The notes under the pieces were generated by a model. The model saw nothing but the letters and a program-made list of their open reading frames with translations, had not been told where the DNA came from and made no database searches. Below are positions 34,779 to 45,900 of a DNA stretch of 61,908 nucleotides, piece after piece. The stretch is from positions 1-61,908 of IMG/VR virus record IMGVR_UViG_3300033067_000570. One strand, 5' to 3'. The stretch's first letter is position 1, and every line of letters starts with the position of its first letter. Both the position numbers and the translations under genes were made by a program. Source of the DNA: a virus. Taxonomy: Duplodnaviria; Caudoviricetes.

Positions 34779-35165
34779 TCAGCGGGGGCGTTCTCGGATA
34801 GTCGTCGTGGTCGTGGTCGTCGTGGTCGATACGACATGCAGCCCGTCGTTGGGGTCGGACACGAAATCCGTCTCGGGCATGTATCTGCTGTAGGAATCGT
34901 CATCGGCGCCGGATGCGCCGCTGTCATCGTCGTCGTTCTCAGGAGCGTGCTCGTCGGCAATGGCGGTGAGTGCGTAAATCAGGGCGCGAACGTCGTCCCA
35001 TTCCATGATCATGGACTCCGTTGCGCTGTCTCCGTCACAGCGGCTTCCGGAGTTGCTGACCGTGAAGATGGCGCTGTCGGAATCGATGCTGTCGATGATG
35101 AGAGCCGCGGCACGGTCGTGTTTCTCTGTGATCTTGATGGCGGAAGGCGTGATCTTGGTGGGCAT
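34779..35165 (-). CDS. Hypothetical protein (paralog family member 3)
   Basis: GAGGA RBS; MIMEWDDVRALIYAL motif; acidic and poly-Thr tail. Confidence 0.7.
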   Translation of the reverse strand: MPTKITPSAIKITEKHDRAAALIIDSIDSDSAIFTVSNSGSRCDGDSATESMIMEWDDVRALIYALTAIADEHAPENDDDDSGASGADDDSYSRYMPETDFVSDPNDGLHVVSTTTTTTTTTIRERPR

Positions 35166-35230
35166 CCGTATATCCTCTCTTTGCTCTGTGGATTGTCGCT
35201 GGTAGTGCTGGTAGTGTTCTTTGTTGCGCG

Positions 35231-35449
35231 TTACGCGTCAGCCTCTGGACGGTACCTTCCGCATCCCCACTTTGTCAACCGCCATTTTTGGTCAACTTCG
35301 TAGAGTTTTGCGGTTTCCTGCTGTCCCGCCTGCATACATTTGTACGGTGTCAGCTCCTCGATGGGTACTGACAGAATGATCCGTTCCGTCTTACAGGTAG
35401 ACGGATCGGCGATCAAACAGAGGGTAAGCAAAAGTTGTGCCAGAGCCAT
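35231..35449 (-). CDS. Hypothetical small protein
   Basis: L..CL...P..C...CM..GQ...W.C pattern typical of small alphaproteobacterial proteins. Confidence 0.65.
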   Translation of the reverse strand: MALAQLLLTLCLIADPSTCKTERIILSVPIEELTPYKCMQAGQQETAKLYEVDQKWRLTKWGCGRYRPEADA

Positions 35450-35507
35450 GGCTGGTTGAGCCTTTCTGAATGACTATGCAGTTGTCCGCGCTGATGCGCG
35501 TCTTACA

Positions 35508-36128
35508 TCAGATTTCGTCCGCCCTGAGTTCGACAAGGGGAATTGATCCCCAGCTTTCGACCTGGAAGCCGTCGTGTGAAGCCGCCATCTGATCGGTGTC
35601 GAACCGTACAGGAACATCGAATTCGCCGGTCACAGCGACAGCGTGTCCGTTCGGCGGCGTGTTGCCTCCGGTAAACACGACAGTTCCGGCCGTTGTGGAC
35701 AGCGTATACGTGGTTGGTGATACGGTGACGCCGTTGACCTTCACGCTGAACCCGGAAGCGATCGGTTTGTAGATGCGGCGCGAGTACGTATTAGCGCCGC
35801 TCGCATACGCCTTGGTGATGTTGAACGTGTTGTTCGCGCCGTCACCGGTTCCGATGATCTCGTCAACAAGCTCGTAATCGGCCCAGTCTTTGTAGCGGAA
35901 TCCGTAGCCACGTCCACGCATGTTGTAGAAGAACGCGCGAAGCGTATCCATGTCGCCGCGATCGCGGATTCCGTGCGCTACATCGTACTGATGCTTCGCT
36001 TCGGACCACGTGATGTTGCGCTGCTCGACGCCAGAGAACCCCTCGTAGACGTACGTCTTGAACGTCGGGCCACCGCTTGAGCCGTAGCTGATGTCCTCCG
36101 GGAAGCGGGGCGTCTCTCTGAATGACAC
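35508..36128 (-). CDS. Distal tail protein (DUF2460, GTA-like)
   Basis: F.E.PRFP.DISYGSSGGP.F.T, EQRN..W, RGR..GFR.KDW.D and FDVPVRFDTD. Confidence 0.92.
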   Translation of the reverse strand: MSFRETPRFPEDISYGSSGGPTFKTYVYEGFSGVEQRNITWSEAKHQYDVAHGIRDRGDMDTLRAFFYNMRGRGYGFRYKDWADYELVDEIIGTGDGANNTFNITKAYASGANTYSRRIYKPIASGFSVKVNGVTVSPTTYTLSTTAGTVVFTGGNTPPNGHAVAVTGEFDVPVRFDTDQMAASHDGFQVESWGSIPLVELRADEI

Positions 36129-36172
36129 TGATGGACCTCCGATCTTATGCAGATCTGTATCGTGTGGTTAAT

Positions 36173-37198
36173 TTACTTACAGCGCACGCCAAATTCACTG
36201 GCATTGATGTTGCTGACGGACCATGCCGTCGTGTCTGGAGCCGTCGTGCTCGCAAATATTCGCCAGTTGTACGCTGTCCCCGTCGTGAACGTACCAGACA
36301 CCAGGGTATTCGCGCCGTTGACCATGAGAAGCGCAACGTCGTTGGTGCCGTCGTCACGGGTGAGTGCCGTTAGATTGACGAACTTGACGGAGTTCAACCC
36401 TGACAGCGTCACAGAGGTGTGAGACGCAAGATTGTCCTGGTTAACAGTCGATGACGAGATGTAACTCGTGTCGTCGTCATAGCTCTGTAGCGTGTCGTCG
36501 ATATTCGTGTAGTTGGCTCCGGACAAAGGCGTCCACGCCGCCGTAACGCCGTCAGCGTCGGGGATGACCGACTCGACACGGAAGTCCCCAAGGAAGTCGT
36601 TCAGTGTACTTCCAGTGCTATCACACAGATACACCCAATCGACATACGTCGGAGCAAGCGCACCACGGAGGATCTGAATGAAGCCGAGCGCTGTCGTCGT
36701 GTGAAGGAAGTCGCCAGAGACTGCCGTACACACGTCAATGCCATTGAGCCGAACAGTGATGCTGCCACTGTTCGCCATCGTGCACTTGACTTCGAGCGTG
36801 TGCCATACGTTAATCGGACACATCGCACTGCCGACGATCCCGCCCGCGGCATTGTAGACGAACAACTGTCCGCCGATCCATGCGATTTCGAAGTGAAGCC
36901 CGGAGCCTGTTGCTGTAGCGGAAGCAGACAACAACGTCTTGGCCGCCGATACTGTCGGACTGCTGTGGATGAAGCTCATCCCAACAATCACGGTCGTACT
37001 ACTAGTTTTAGCGCTCCACGGAATTGCGTAGTACGCGGTCGAGTCGATGTTCAGCGCGGCATCACCGAAACGGCCGATACCTGCATCGATGTTGGGACCA
37101 GACGCGCTAGTCGTATAGCCGTTATCTGACGCAAGGTCGGTCCATCCGGTCGCGCCAGATGCGTACTTGTCGAACTTGTCGAACGCGATTAGGGCCAT
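36173..37198 (-). CDS. Virion structural/tail protein (beta-sandwich; paralog of 37416-38456)
   Basis: MALIAFD.FD.Y start, WH.LE.K, DFLGD.R, P..DG and D.D..YISS shared with the paralog. Confidence 0.7.
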   Translation of the reverse strand: MALIAFDKFDKYASGATGWTDLASDNGYTTSASGPNIDAGIGRFGDAALNIDSTAYYAIPWSAKTSSTTVIVGMSFIHSSPTVSAAKTLLSASATATGSGLHFEIAWIGGQLFVYNAAGGIVGSAMCPINVWHTLEVKCTMANSGSITVRLNGIDVCTAVSGDFLHTTTALGFIQILRGALAPTYVDWVYLCDSTGSTLNDFLGDFRVESVIPDADGVTAAWTPLSGANYTNIDDTLQSYDDDTSYISSSTVNQDNLASHTSVTLSGLNSVKFVNLTALTRDDGTNDVALLMVNGANTLVSGTFTTGTAYNWRIFASTTAPDTTAWSVSNINASEFGVRCK

Positions 37199-37203
37199 GA
37201 TCC

Positions 37204-37416
37204 TTACCCCGCAATCATGTAAACAACTGGACGCGCACCACTTACAACCAACGACGTACCTGATGCAGTCTGCAATACTTCAAGCGCCAACGATGTGACG
37301 CGCGCGGCTGGTGCCGGAGGTGCTTGCAGAACTTCCGCAGCAATACTCGTCACGCGTGCTTGAGGATTTGTCTCAAACGCGACTTGAACGATCTGCTGTG
37401 TTACGCGCTGTGCCAT
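37204..37416 (-). CDS. Small virion protein
   Basis: Repeated RVT...EVL motif; tightly packed in the tail operon. Confidence 0.6.
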   Translation of the reverse strand: MAQRVTQQIVQVAFETNPQARVTSIAAEVLQAPPAPAARVTSLALEVLQTASGTSLVVSGARPVVYMIAG

Positions 37417-38456
37417 TACGTAACAACCTCAACACCGACCTGTACGGCGTTCACGCCGGCACTATCCCAAGCCACAGATGTGTTAGGGTCAACAGACGCT
37501 ACCGGCCCCTTGAGCCACGCGTATGTCGTCGTCAGACCAACCGTCGCTCCCGTCTGCTCGGTGCCGCCAGAATTGATAAGCCCACGCACAGTACGTGCGC
37601 CTGCGTCAGCTTTCTTCGCCTTGTAGCGCGCCTGAACAGCGTGAATTGTGTCCGGCGTATTTGCCAGATCTGCGACGTTGAACCGGCTCTCCTGCGCCGC
37701 AGTTGACGAAGAGATGTAGTCGGTATCGCCGTTAGCTGCGCTGGGCGTCTCATCGACGCACGACACGTCGGTACCAGCGGACGCCGTCCAATCGACTGTT
37801 CCGCCGTCGCTCGAAGGCGCGTGCGTCGTGATCTTGCTGTCACCGATGAACGTGTTCAGCGCCGCCCCGGTCCCGTCCATGACGACGATATCGTCAATCC
37901 ACGCGTAGTTAGGGCTGATCGCCCCGCCGGCCGACAATTGAAGCAGAACGATGCCGGTTCCTATGGACTGCGTATCCGTGCTGCTGAAACTGTCAGAAGG
38001 GCCGCCATCAACCTTGACTTCGAATGAACCTGATGGACTGTTCCCGAGAACGATCTTCATCTCGACCCAGTGCCACGTGTTCGCAGTCAGCGGAGCGCCG
38101 GCAGACGTGTAAACCAGTGTACTGGCACCTGTGTAGAACTTGAGGACGCCGGCCGCCGTGTGCTCGATCTTGAACGCGGTCGTACCTGCGTCAGACACGG
38201 CGGTTAACAGCACACCGGCCGCGCTTCCGGCGTGATACACGGCGAAGCCGACAATCAATGTGCCGCCATAAGCAAGCAGCGGTATCGGCAGGTTGACGGC
38301 CATCGAAGCTGTTCCGAAACGAAGCCCACCACCGCCGTAACGTCCGCCGGTCGTGTCGATAGCGAGTGATGTCGTGCTCACAGGCTGATAGCCGGCGCGC
38401 GACATGTCAGTCAAGTCCGCATAGCAATCCAGTCCATCCATATGAATAAGCGCCAT
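37416..38456 (-). CDS. Virion structural/tail protein (beta-sandwich)
   Basis: MALIHMDG.D.Y start; Thr/Gly/Ala-rich; in the tail operon. Confidence 0.7.
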   Translation of the reverse strand: MALIHMDGLDCYADLTDMSRAGYQPVSTTSLAIDTTGGRYGGGGLRFGTASMAVNLPIPLLAYGGTLIVGFAVYHAGSAAGVLLTAVSDAGTTAFKIEHTAAGVLKFYTGASTLVYTSAGAPLTANTWHWVEMKIVLGNSPSGSFEVKVDGGPSDSFSSTDTQSIGTGIVLLQLSAGGAISPNYAWIDDIVVMDGTGAALNTFIGDSKITTHAPSSDGGTVDWTASAGTDVSCVDETPSAANGDTDYISSSTAAQESRFNVADLANTPDTIHAVQARYKAKKADAGARTVRGLINSGGTEQTGATVGLTTTYAWLKGPVASVDPNTSVAWDSAGVNAVQVGVEVVT

Positions 38457-39202
38457 TAGCGTGTTCCCTTAAACGTAAACGCGACATCAGCCAACGTGGT
38501 GTCCTGCGGCGATGGCGCAGTGATCGTGATCCGGTCTCCAGCAACTAGGCTTGTTGCGCCGCCGGTCGTGGCGAACGTGAACACACCGCTCGTGCTGATG
38601 GACATGCTACCGATCGATACGCCGTTCTTCGCGATCGTGAACGCAGCGGTCGCCGTAGGATTGGTAGTGCAGTGTCCGACAGAGCCGGCGAAATCATCAG
38701 GGAACGAAACGTCCCGCACCGCGATGAACTTGCAAACTTCGCCTCCGTTTTCCGGCTTGTCGGGAATGAACGCACCGACATCATACGGCAGACCGGCAAT
38801 AACGCCCCGCGCCAGGGGGTACATATCCTGGTACGACTGATAGACGATGGCGGTCTCGCCGGGCGAAACAACGACAGTTGAACCGGAGCCGGTCGATGCC
38901 TTGACGGTCACTGCGTAGGTAGTGTCCGCGTTGTGAACAGAGAACTCGCGCTTCGCATTGACTGCGTTGATAGTCGCGGGGAATACGAGATTAAATGCCG
39001 CAGATCCGCCGCTGACCTTATAGAGACGATATTGCGTCGCCTGTGCTTCCGTCAGTGTGACAGGCCCGGCACCCACCGCCGCGTTGACGAAAACGTCATT
39101 CGTCGCCGCTTCGAGAATGTCGATCGCGTCATTGTGCGTCAGGTACTTGTTGTTCTGGTTCTCGCCGATCTGTTCGATAGCGAGAATAGGAGACTTGCTC
39201 AT
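38456..39202 (-). CDS. DUF2793-like tail/fiber adaptor protein
   Basis: N-terminal P.L....Q..K..THNDA...LE motif; follows the central tail protein. Confidence 0.65.
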   Translation of the reverse strand: MSKSPILAIEQIGENQNNKYLTHNDAIDILEAATNDVFVNAAVGAGPVTLTEAQATQYRLYKVSGGSAAFNLVFPATINAVNAKREFSVHNADTTYAVTVKASTGSGSTVVVSPGETAIVYQSYQDMYPLARGVIAGLPYDVGAFIPDKPENGGEVCKFIAVRDVSFPDDFAGSVGHCTTNPTATAAFTIAKNGVSIGSMSISTSGVFTFATTGGATSLVAGDRITITAPSPQDTTLADVAFTFKGTR

Positions 39203-42200
39203 CGTTTATACTCCAAGCGGCATTCTGCGGTCGCTCCGGTATCCTGCCCGGTGTATGAGCCGATCTGATAAACGAGACAGTACAGATCGTCAGCGGTGTT
39301 GTCAAACCCGTCAGCAGTTTGGGCGGTGGAAAGATAAGTGTAGGCGTTCGTCGTGACATCGAGCTTGCGAAGATACGTGTCCGCGTCGAATGGATTGAAC
39401 GTCGTCGGGTTCGTGTACAGATAAAGGATATAACGCTCCTCATCTTCGAGGAACGACACGACCTCGGTTGCACCATCATCCGGCCATTCGCCGTCATAGC
39501 GTGTCCGGCGCTGCCACGTGATGTTGGCGTCGTCACCAACGTAGGACGCCTTGAAGTCCGACGGCGCCCACGGGCGATAGTTGCGCGCGGTCACTATCTT
39601 TTGAGGATATGGCTGGAACGGGTTGTTCGTCTGCACAGCGACCATCAAACCCTTGTCTCGATTTGCACCAAGCTCAGTCAGCAACAGCACGTAGTTGGTC
39701 TCTTTCGTGCCATCATTCGCGCCGAGAAGAATGAACTTCTCGCCGGCTGTATGTCCAATGACTTCGGGCTCAGTACCGAACTTGCCACGAACAATCCCGG
39801 TCAGATCATACACGTCACCACCGACTGCCGTAACCGTCTGAAACTGGATCAGCTCATCGCCAACAAGTGCGAGGTTCATGTGTGAGTCGTTGGTCAGCGC
39901 TTCCTTGCTCGCCGCTGACGCCAAGCTCAATCCGGCCGTCCCAACAAGATGCACGCGCAAAGTCGATGCGCGATCGGTTGACCAGCTTGCCGTAGTATCG
40001 AGCAGCGGCGTGACAACGTAACCCCAGGTCGGATATCCGATCGGCGGAGAAATGGTAACCGGAACTGTATCCACATAGACGGTAACATCATCCGTGTAGA
40101 TTGCCGAGCTATCGGTGTTGAGAATGAAGAAGTAGTAAGCGTATTGCAACCCAACATCATCGATATCGCCAACAGCGAAATACGGAACCTGAGCATAATG
40201 GATCTCGTAACGCGGATCGAAGGCGAGAAGCGTGCTTGCGTCAAATCGCCCAATGTCGCCAGCGAGTGTAACGATGTCCGTATAGATGTCATTGTCTTCT
40301 TTGATCGCAGTCGCTTCGATCGAGTTATCACTTCCGACGTTGACATCACCGAGACGGCACGTCACCGTTTCAGTGTCATCCATGACAAGATCGATAACAT
40401 CGCCCGGCTCAAGCGCGAGGTAGCGTTGTGGCAACTTGAGCGTATAAACGCTTTCGTAGACGATCTTCGAGTATAGCAGGATTTCCGCAAGCGTTTTGGC
40501 GGTCGTCGCATTCAGGACAATAGGAACCGTCACGTCCACCGATGCGTCAGCATCGAACTGTTCGTTAGTGTACCGGGGAAGTGCGTAGCTCTGTACGTTG
40601 TTGGCGTATTCGCGATCGATATCCCGATAGATCAGGTTGATCTTGCGGCGCCTCGTAAAGTCAGAGTCTTGCGTCTCCTTTAGCCAGCCGTTTCCATCCA
40701 CGTCAGCAAGGTACTTAGCCGGGATGGTCACAACAGAGCTATCGCCGCGCGTCTTATATTTGATCGTGCCTTCGCTCTCGATGATGTCGAACCGGTACAC
40801 GGTGGCGAGTTCACCCAAGACATCGCGCAGTGACGAAACCGACTTGACCGTATAACCAGTCAGCGCCAATGTCGTCAGATCTTCCACGTTGCGCTGTGTT
40901 GGATCGAGACCAACGCGCGTCAGTAGAGTTTCTACAATGTCACTGACCAACACGGCAGTACGTGCAATCCGATCAATGTAAATCTTAGTGACAAGCTTCG
41001 TCGGCGACGACCCGAAGTAGGTGATCGAGTTTTCATAGCCGTTGTAGATTTGCTGAGCTACAGCTGATCCTGGACCATCAAGCGACTGCGCGCCAAGATC
41101 ATCTTCAACCGTTTCGACGCGGCCAGTCTCCAGATCGATCTTGTAGACTGCGGGCGGACTGTCGGATATCCAGGCATACTTGCCTGCAGGACAGATCACT
41201 TGCGGAGACCACGGCTGCGTCACGGCCGGCGCGTAGTGGGAGATCGCAGTGTTCCATAGGACGGCGCCCGTGAACGGGTTGAACTTGATAATACGATCAT
41301 TGCGCGCACCTGTCGTCGAGAAAACGATGACCAACATGTGATCACGCTTATCGATGAACATTTGGCTGATCGTGTGCGCTTCACCAGAGCCAATCAACTC
41401 GGCGCAAGACAGCGTACCAATAGAAACGAACGTCGGCGCGGTCGGTGTCGTTCTTAGCTGCGGATTGTTGTAGCAAACAACACTCACGTCGAAAGCGCTT
41501 CGCTCGACGTTTGCCCCCGAGATGAAAAGGACATTCGTTCCGTCAGTCGGCGTAGTGCCGTTCATCCACGTCGGGTTATCCGCAATGATGTTCGCCGGCA
41601 GTTGATAGGCAACACCACGTGCGGCGTCGCGGCCAGACGCGAACACTTGATTGAGGACAGACAACATGCGCAGCTGATTGCGATCATTGATCTGCGCAAA
41701 TCCGATCGAGCGATTTGCCAAACCAAGTCCACAGAAGATGTCCATAGGCTCGATGCTCGAACCGCGCGCATAGAACACGAAGCTTCCAATATCAAGCGCA
41801 CCAAACCCGGTAACAAGATCGTGTCCAAACAGTCCGCCGCCAGGACCAAGCGTATCTTCAATGCGCCCCGTAGTCGTATTGTAGGTGTGCACAAGTCCGA
41901 GATTGCCGGAAGTCTGACCGACAAGCATATGCCCGTTTGTCAGTACAGCCGCATTCGCCGTATCCAGACCGGTCGTAGCCGCCAGTCCGGTGCTTTCTTT
42001 GAACTCCAACTGGCCGAGTTCGGCCAAAGTGGTGTTGTTCAAAACAAGCCAACCCTCACCGTCCACGATAGTGCCGGAGCCAGAGCTATCGAACGCGCCG
42101 ACATACAGCCGGTTGTTGCTACCATCATGGAAGATGCCTCTGCTATTCACATCGTCAAACACGTCTTGCGGCGTCGAAGGCACACCGTACGAACGCGGAA

Positions 42201-42963
42201 GCAACGAACTTGCATTCGCGACGACTTCAACATAGATGTTCGGCAGCGTTCCCTCGTCAATGAGGAAGTCCTCGAACAGGATGTACGCCATGCCCCGGTA
42301 GCCGGGTGATCCGGTTTCGATCGCCATGATCGCTGCCGGAGGAAGTTGCGTCTCATTTCCGGTATAGAATGTAATCTTCGTTGTGCGCGCATCTTCGGGA
42401 AGGGCGCGTAGCGGGCTTCCTTCGTTCGTCAGATCGACGCTGTGCGTGATCGTCGCGCCGCTGGCATTCGGAATGACAACGCCATTCACATCCACGCTGG
42501 CAGAGTTGTCAATTACAAGACGCTCGCCAATCCACATGCGCATGAAATCACTCACGGCGCCTTCACAGACAGCAAGAGCGAAATTGATACGGCGGAACGC
42601 GTACGTCTGCGCGCCTACTTGAGTTGTAACCGTACGCGCCCCACCAGACCAGATCACATTTCCAGTCAGGCGATCTGAACCAAACAGGATAGGAATAGTG
42701 ATGCCGTACGACGACCCAGTGAACGCAAGTGCTGATGCCGTATTGATAGTCGTCGGCGGCGGCGGAGTACTGCTTCCGCCGCCCGCACCACCACCAACAA
42801 TTGCTCCTCTTAACATCATCTGAACAATAGACGACAAAACCGTATATCCACTAGACGCTCCCAACAGATCGCGGATCCGCCTATTGTCTGCCGCAGACAT
42901 CGGGATACCATTCATGGATCCCGTGACAGAAATCGGTCGGTATCCGGGCATCCTCCCACCCAT
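39199..42963 (-). CDS. Central tail fiber / tail-tip (GTA megatron-like) protein
   Basis: YG..IPILFG..R..GNVIW, P.YRG.AY..F.D, LEPGDVI, ELIQF, RG..GTE and W.RRTR motifs. Confidence 0.88.
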   Translation of the reverse strand: MGGRMPGYRPISVTGSMNGIPMSAADNRRIRDLLGASSGYTVLSSIVQMMLRGAIVGGGAGGGSSTPPPPTTINTASALAFTGSSYGITIPILFGSDRLTGNVIWSGGARTVTTQVGAQTYAFRRINFALAVCEGAVSDFMRMWIGERLVIDNSASVDVNGVVIPNASGATITHSVDLTNEGSPLRALPEDARTTKITFYTGNETQLPPAAIMAIETGSPGYRGMAYILFEDFLIDEGTLPNIYVEVVANASSLLPRSYGVPSTPQDVFDDVNSRGIFHDGSNNRLYVGAFDSSGSGTIVDGEGWLVLNNTTLAELGQLEFKESTGLAATTGLDTANAAVLTNGHMLVGQTSGNLGLVHTYNTTTGRIEDTLGPGGGLFGHDLVTGFGALDIGSFVFYARGSSIEPMDIFCGLGLANRSIGFAQINDRNQLRMLSVLNQVFASGRDAARGVAYQLPANIIADNPTWMNGTTPTDGTNVLFISGANVERSAFDVSVVCYNNPQLRTTPTAPTFVSIGTLSCAELIGSGEAHTISQMFIDKRDHMLVIVFSTTGARNDRIIKFNPFTGAVLWNTAISHYAPAVTQPWSPQVICPAGKYAWISDSPPAVYKIDLETGRVETVEDDLGAQSLDGPGSAVAQQIYNGYENSITYFGSSPTKLVTKIYIDRIARTAVLVSDIVETLLTRVGLDPTQRNVEDLTTLALTGYTVKSVSSLRDVLGELATVYRFDIIESEGTIKYKTRGDSSVVTIPAKYLADVDGNGWLKETQDSDFTRRRKINLIYRDIDREYANNVQSYALPRYTNEQFDADASVDVTVPIVLNATTAKTLAEILLYSKIVYESVYTLKLPQRYLALEPGDVIDLVMDDTETVTCRLGDVNVGSDNSIEATAIKEDNDIYTDIVTLAGDIGRFDASTLLAFDPRYEIHYAQVPYFAVGDIDDVGLQYAYYFFILNTDSSAIYTDDVTVYVDTVPVTISPPIGYPTWGYVVTPLLDTTASWSTDRASTLRVHLVGTAGLSLASAASKEALTNDSHMNLALVGDELIQFQTVTAVGGDVYDLTGIVRGKFGTEPEVIGHTAGEKFILLGANDGTKETNYVLLLTELGANRDKGLMVAVQTNNPFQPYPQKIVTARNYRPWAPSDFKASYVGDDANITWQRRTRYDGEWPDDGATEVVSFLEDEERYILYLYTNPTTFNPFDADTYLRKLDVTTNAYTYLSTAQTADGFDNTADDLYCLVYQIGSYTGQDTGATAECRLEYKR

Positions 42964-45900
42964 CAGAAAGAACTCCTTTGTTGCGGAACAGTCCGCTGCC
43001 TGTTAATCCCAAGCTGGCCCGACACGCGCTCCAGCTTCATGCCCAGCTCTTGCACAATCTGTGCCTGCGAACGCTGGAAGCTCGCGGCGTCCTGTGCTGT
43101 CACGTTCATGACAACAGTAATTCCACCGTTACTGCCACGCTGCGTCGAGTTGGACATATTCCCATTAGATCCGTACACGACACCCTGCTCTGCCGAGCGG
43201 CGGCGCATTTCTCCCATTTGCGTCATGACGCTTTCAGGCAGCTTGACTGGAACACTGCGTCCGTCAGGAAGCGGAATAACCGCCTCGTTCGGATGCAGCG
43301 TTGCCTGGAAGCCACCAGTGATATCACGATACGCGTTCGGAGATCCAGTAGCAAAACGAGAGGAGCGTCCAGTGCCACTAGAATAGTCCCGCGACCGATA
43401 CATCGCCGCCTGCTGCAGAAAGCCGCGCCGCGTCTGCGCATTCAGCGCCTCATTCGCGAGGTTCTGATAATACTGTGCAGCGTAGTCCGGGTTCTGGCGA
43501 AGGAATGCGTTGAATGCGGATGCACGACGGGCTGCAGCACTCTGCAGGTTGTTCAGCTTCGTGATGTCATCCTGACTGTATTGGCGCGGACCATGCGCGC
43601 CAGATGACCCGTAAGCAAACCACGGGGCGGTGTTATAGAAGTCATCAGTAGCATCATTCGCCTGCGACAGAGCATTACTCAACTCCTGCGCCTGCGCGAA
43701 GAAGGTGTTATAATCCATCTGCGATGTCGAACCACCAGTCCCACCAGTGCTCGTACCCCCACCACCAGTATAACTGCCCCCACCGCCACCCGTATAGCCA
43801 CCCCCGCCAGACGATGCTCCGCTCGCAGCAGAGCGCACTTCGCGCAGAACGTCGTTGATCGACGAAGCAAGCGCTTCATTCGTCCGTACGAGCGATAGCA
43901 CGTGATCACTGTTCGTTTCAAGAAGGCGTTTGACGATAACAGTCTGTGCATTGATAGCCGTCCAAATACGGCCAAGCTCCGTTTTAGATTGCGCCTCAAT
44001 CTCAATAATCTTCATGAGATACGCGCCGCTGTTGTCTCCGCCGCCGGTCATCTGCACGGGGATTTCGCCGCCGCCCGCAAGAGGAACAACAGCTTCATTC
44101 GGATGGAGAATAGCCGGCATTCCGGACACCGGAGCACCAAGAGACGTGGTGTTCGCGGTACCAACGGCGAGCATCGGCGCGTCAACAAACGCGCCCATAG
44201 ACACTTTCTTGCTGCGATATCCTCCGCTGTTGGTCGTGCCGCCGCCCGCATAAGAATCAGCCACGCTTCCGCCCTGGCCCCCCGCAGACTGCGCAGCGCG
44301 CGCGGCCTCAACATACCGCCACGCCGCAGCGGCTGCACTATCATAGCCGAGTGCAGCGCTGTTCGCTGCGGCGCCGGACGAACCAAGCTTCGACGCAAAA
44401 TCCGTCGCAGCCTTTGCAGCATCGCGCTGGGCCTGCACGATCTTGCTGAGTTTTTCCTTGAGCCCGCCGATTTCTGCGTCGAGCGCATTCATCGAATCCT
44501 GATACTGCTCAAGCGAAATGTTGCCGTTGTTGAACTCCTTACTGAGTTCATCCTGCTGACCCTGCAGCTCAACAATTCGTTTACCAATCTGTTGTCCGGC
44601 CTTATCCAGGTTCTGGAACGAAACAGCCTGACCTTTCGCCGACGCATCTGCGGTCGTGATCGCGTCGTTGAACGTCAGAACAGGATCAGTAACAGCATTG
44701 AACGCGGTCGCAAGCGAATTCACGCCCTGCGCTGCAGCATCCGCAGCCGGCGCAAAACCAAACAACTGCGAGATCGGTCCGCCGAGCGCGGCGTCGAGTC
44801 CGAGGAAACCACCGGCCAGCACCGAAATACTCAACGCAAGCGGGTTCACCGCCGCCAGACCAGCGGCGACGGCACCACCAAACGATGTTATGCCGGCAAT
44901 AGCGCTGGCGAACGATATTCCGCCAATGACGCTCGCCAAAGAAGCGATGGCACCAGAAAACAATCCCATAGCCGGCGCAGCGATGCCAAACGCTGAAACC
45001 AAGACCATAATGGCTTTATACGCGAGGCCGCCAGCAATTCCGATACCGCCCAGCGCCAGCGCAATTCCGCCGACATCCGTGCTGGCGAATTGAACAGCTG
45101 CAGTTACGATGTTGATGATGCCGGCAGATACTTCGCCGAGCACACCGGCCAGCGTCTTGAGGCCTTCGCTCTGCGAGAACTCAACAAGAGCGGCGGACAA
45201 GCCCTGTACAGCAGGCGTAACGGCAGTAAAGAACTCAGCGCCGAACGCTTCTTTGAACTGGAACCAGCCGGTGCTGAGATCCGCGAGTGCAGCACTCCAC
45301 GAGCTACCGAGCGCAGCAGCGACGCCAGAGAACCGCTTACCGAATTCCTCAGAGAACTTGAGTATGTTTTCAGTGCCGACAGCGCCAGCCTGCATCATCT
45401 CAGTGAGTTCAGCTTTCGTCACATTCAATGACGTAGCGAGAGCATCGACAGCGCCGGGCAGAACGTCACCCAACTGGTGAACAAGTTCTTCGGCCTTGAT
45501 CGATCCCTTGTTGAACATCTGTTCGAGGGCCTTGAACACACGCGTAGCTTCGGCCGCACCGCCGCCGACACCACGCAGCACGGTGGAGAAATTCTTATAG
45601 ATCTTTTCTACGTTGCCGATCGACTGTCCGCTCATCGTTGCGGACGTAGCGAACTTCGTGTACGTCGAAATCAACCCCTCAAGAGGGAGATGCAGCTCAC
45701 GCGCAGTGCTTGTCAGAAATTCGAGCGCACGGCTAGAGCCACCAACCGAAGAAAGTGTGGTGTCAGCTGTCGCCCTGAAAGTCTCCATCGTCTTTCGCGT
45801 GTCACTCAGTGCAGAAGCAAACTGAGCGACACCGACCGCGCCAAGCGTTACGCCAAAAGCCGCAAGAAGACCGTTGACGGAACCAAGCGAACCGCCAAAC

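Noticed and set aside
36173-42963. Diversity-generating retroelement or shufflon acting on the tail genes
   Set aside because: I found no reverse transcriptase, TR/VR pair or repeated crossover sites.
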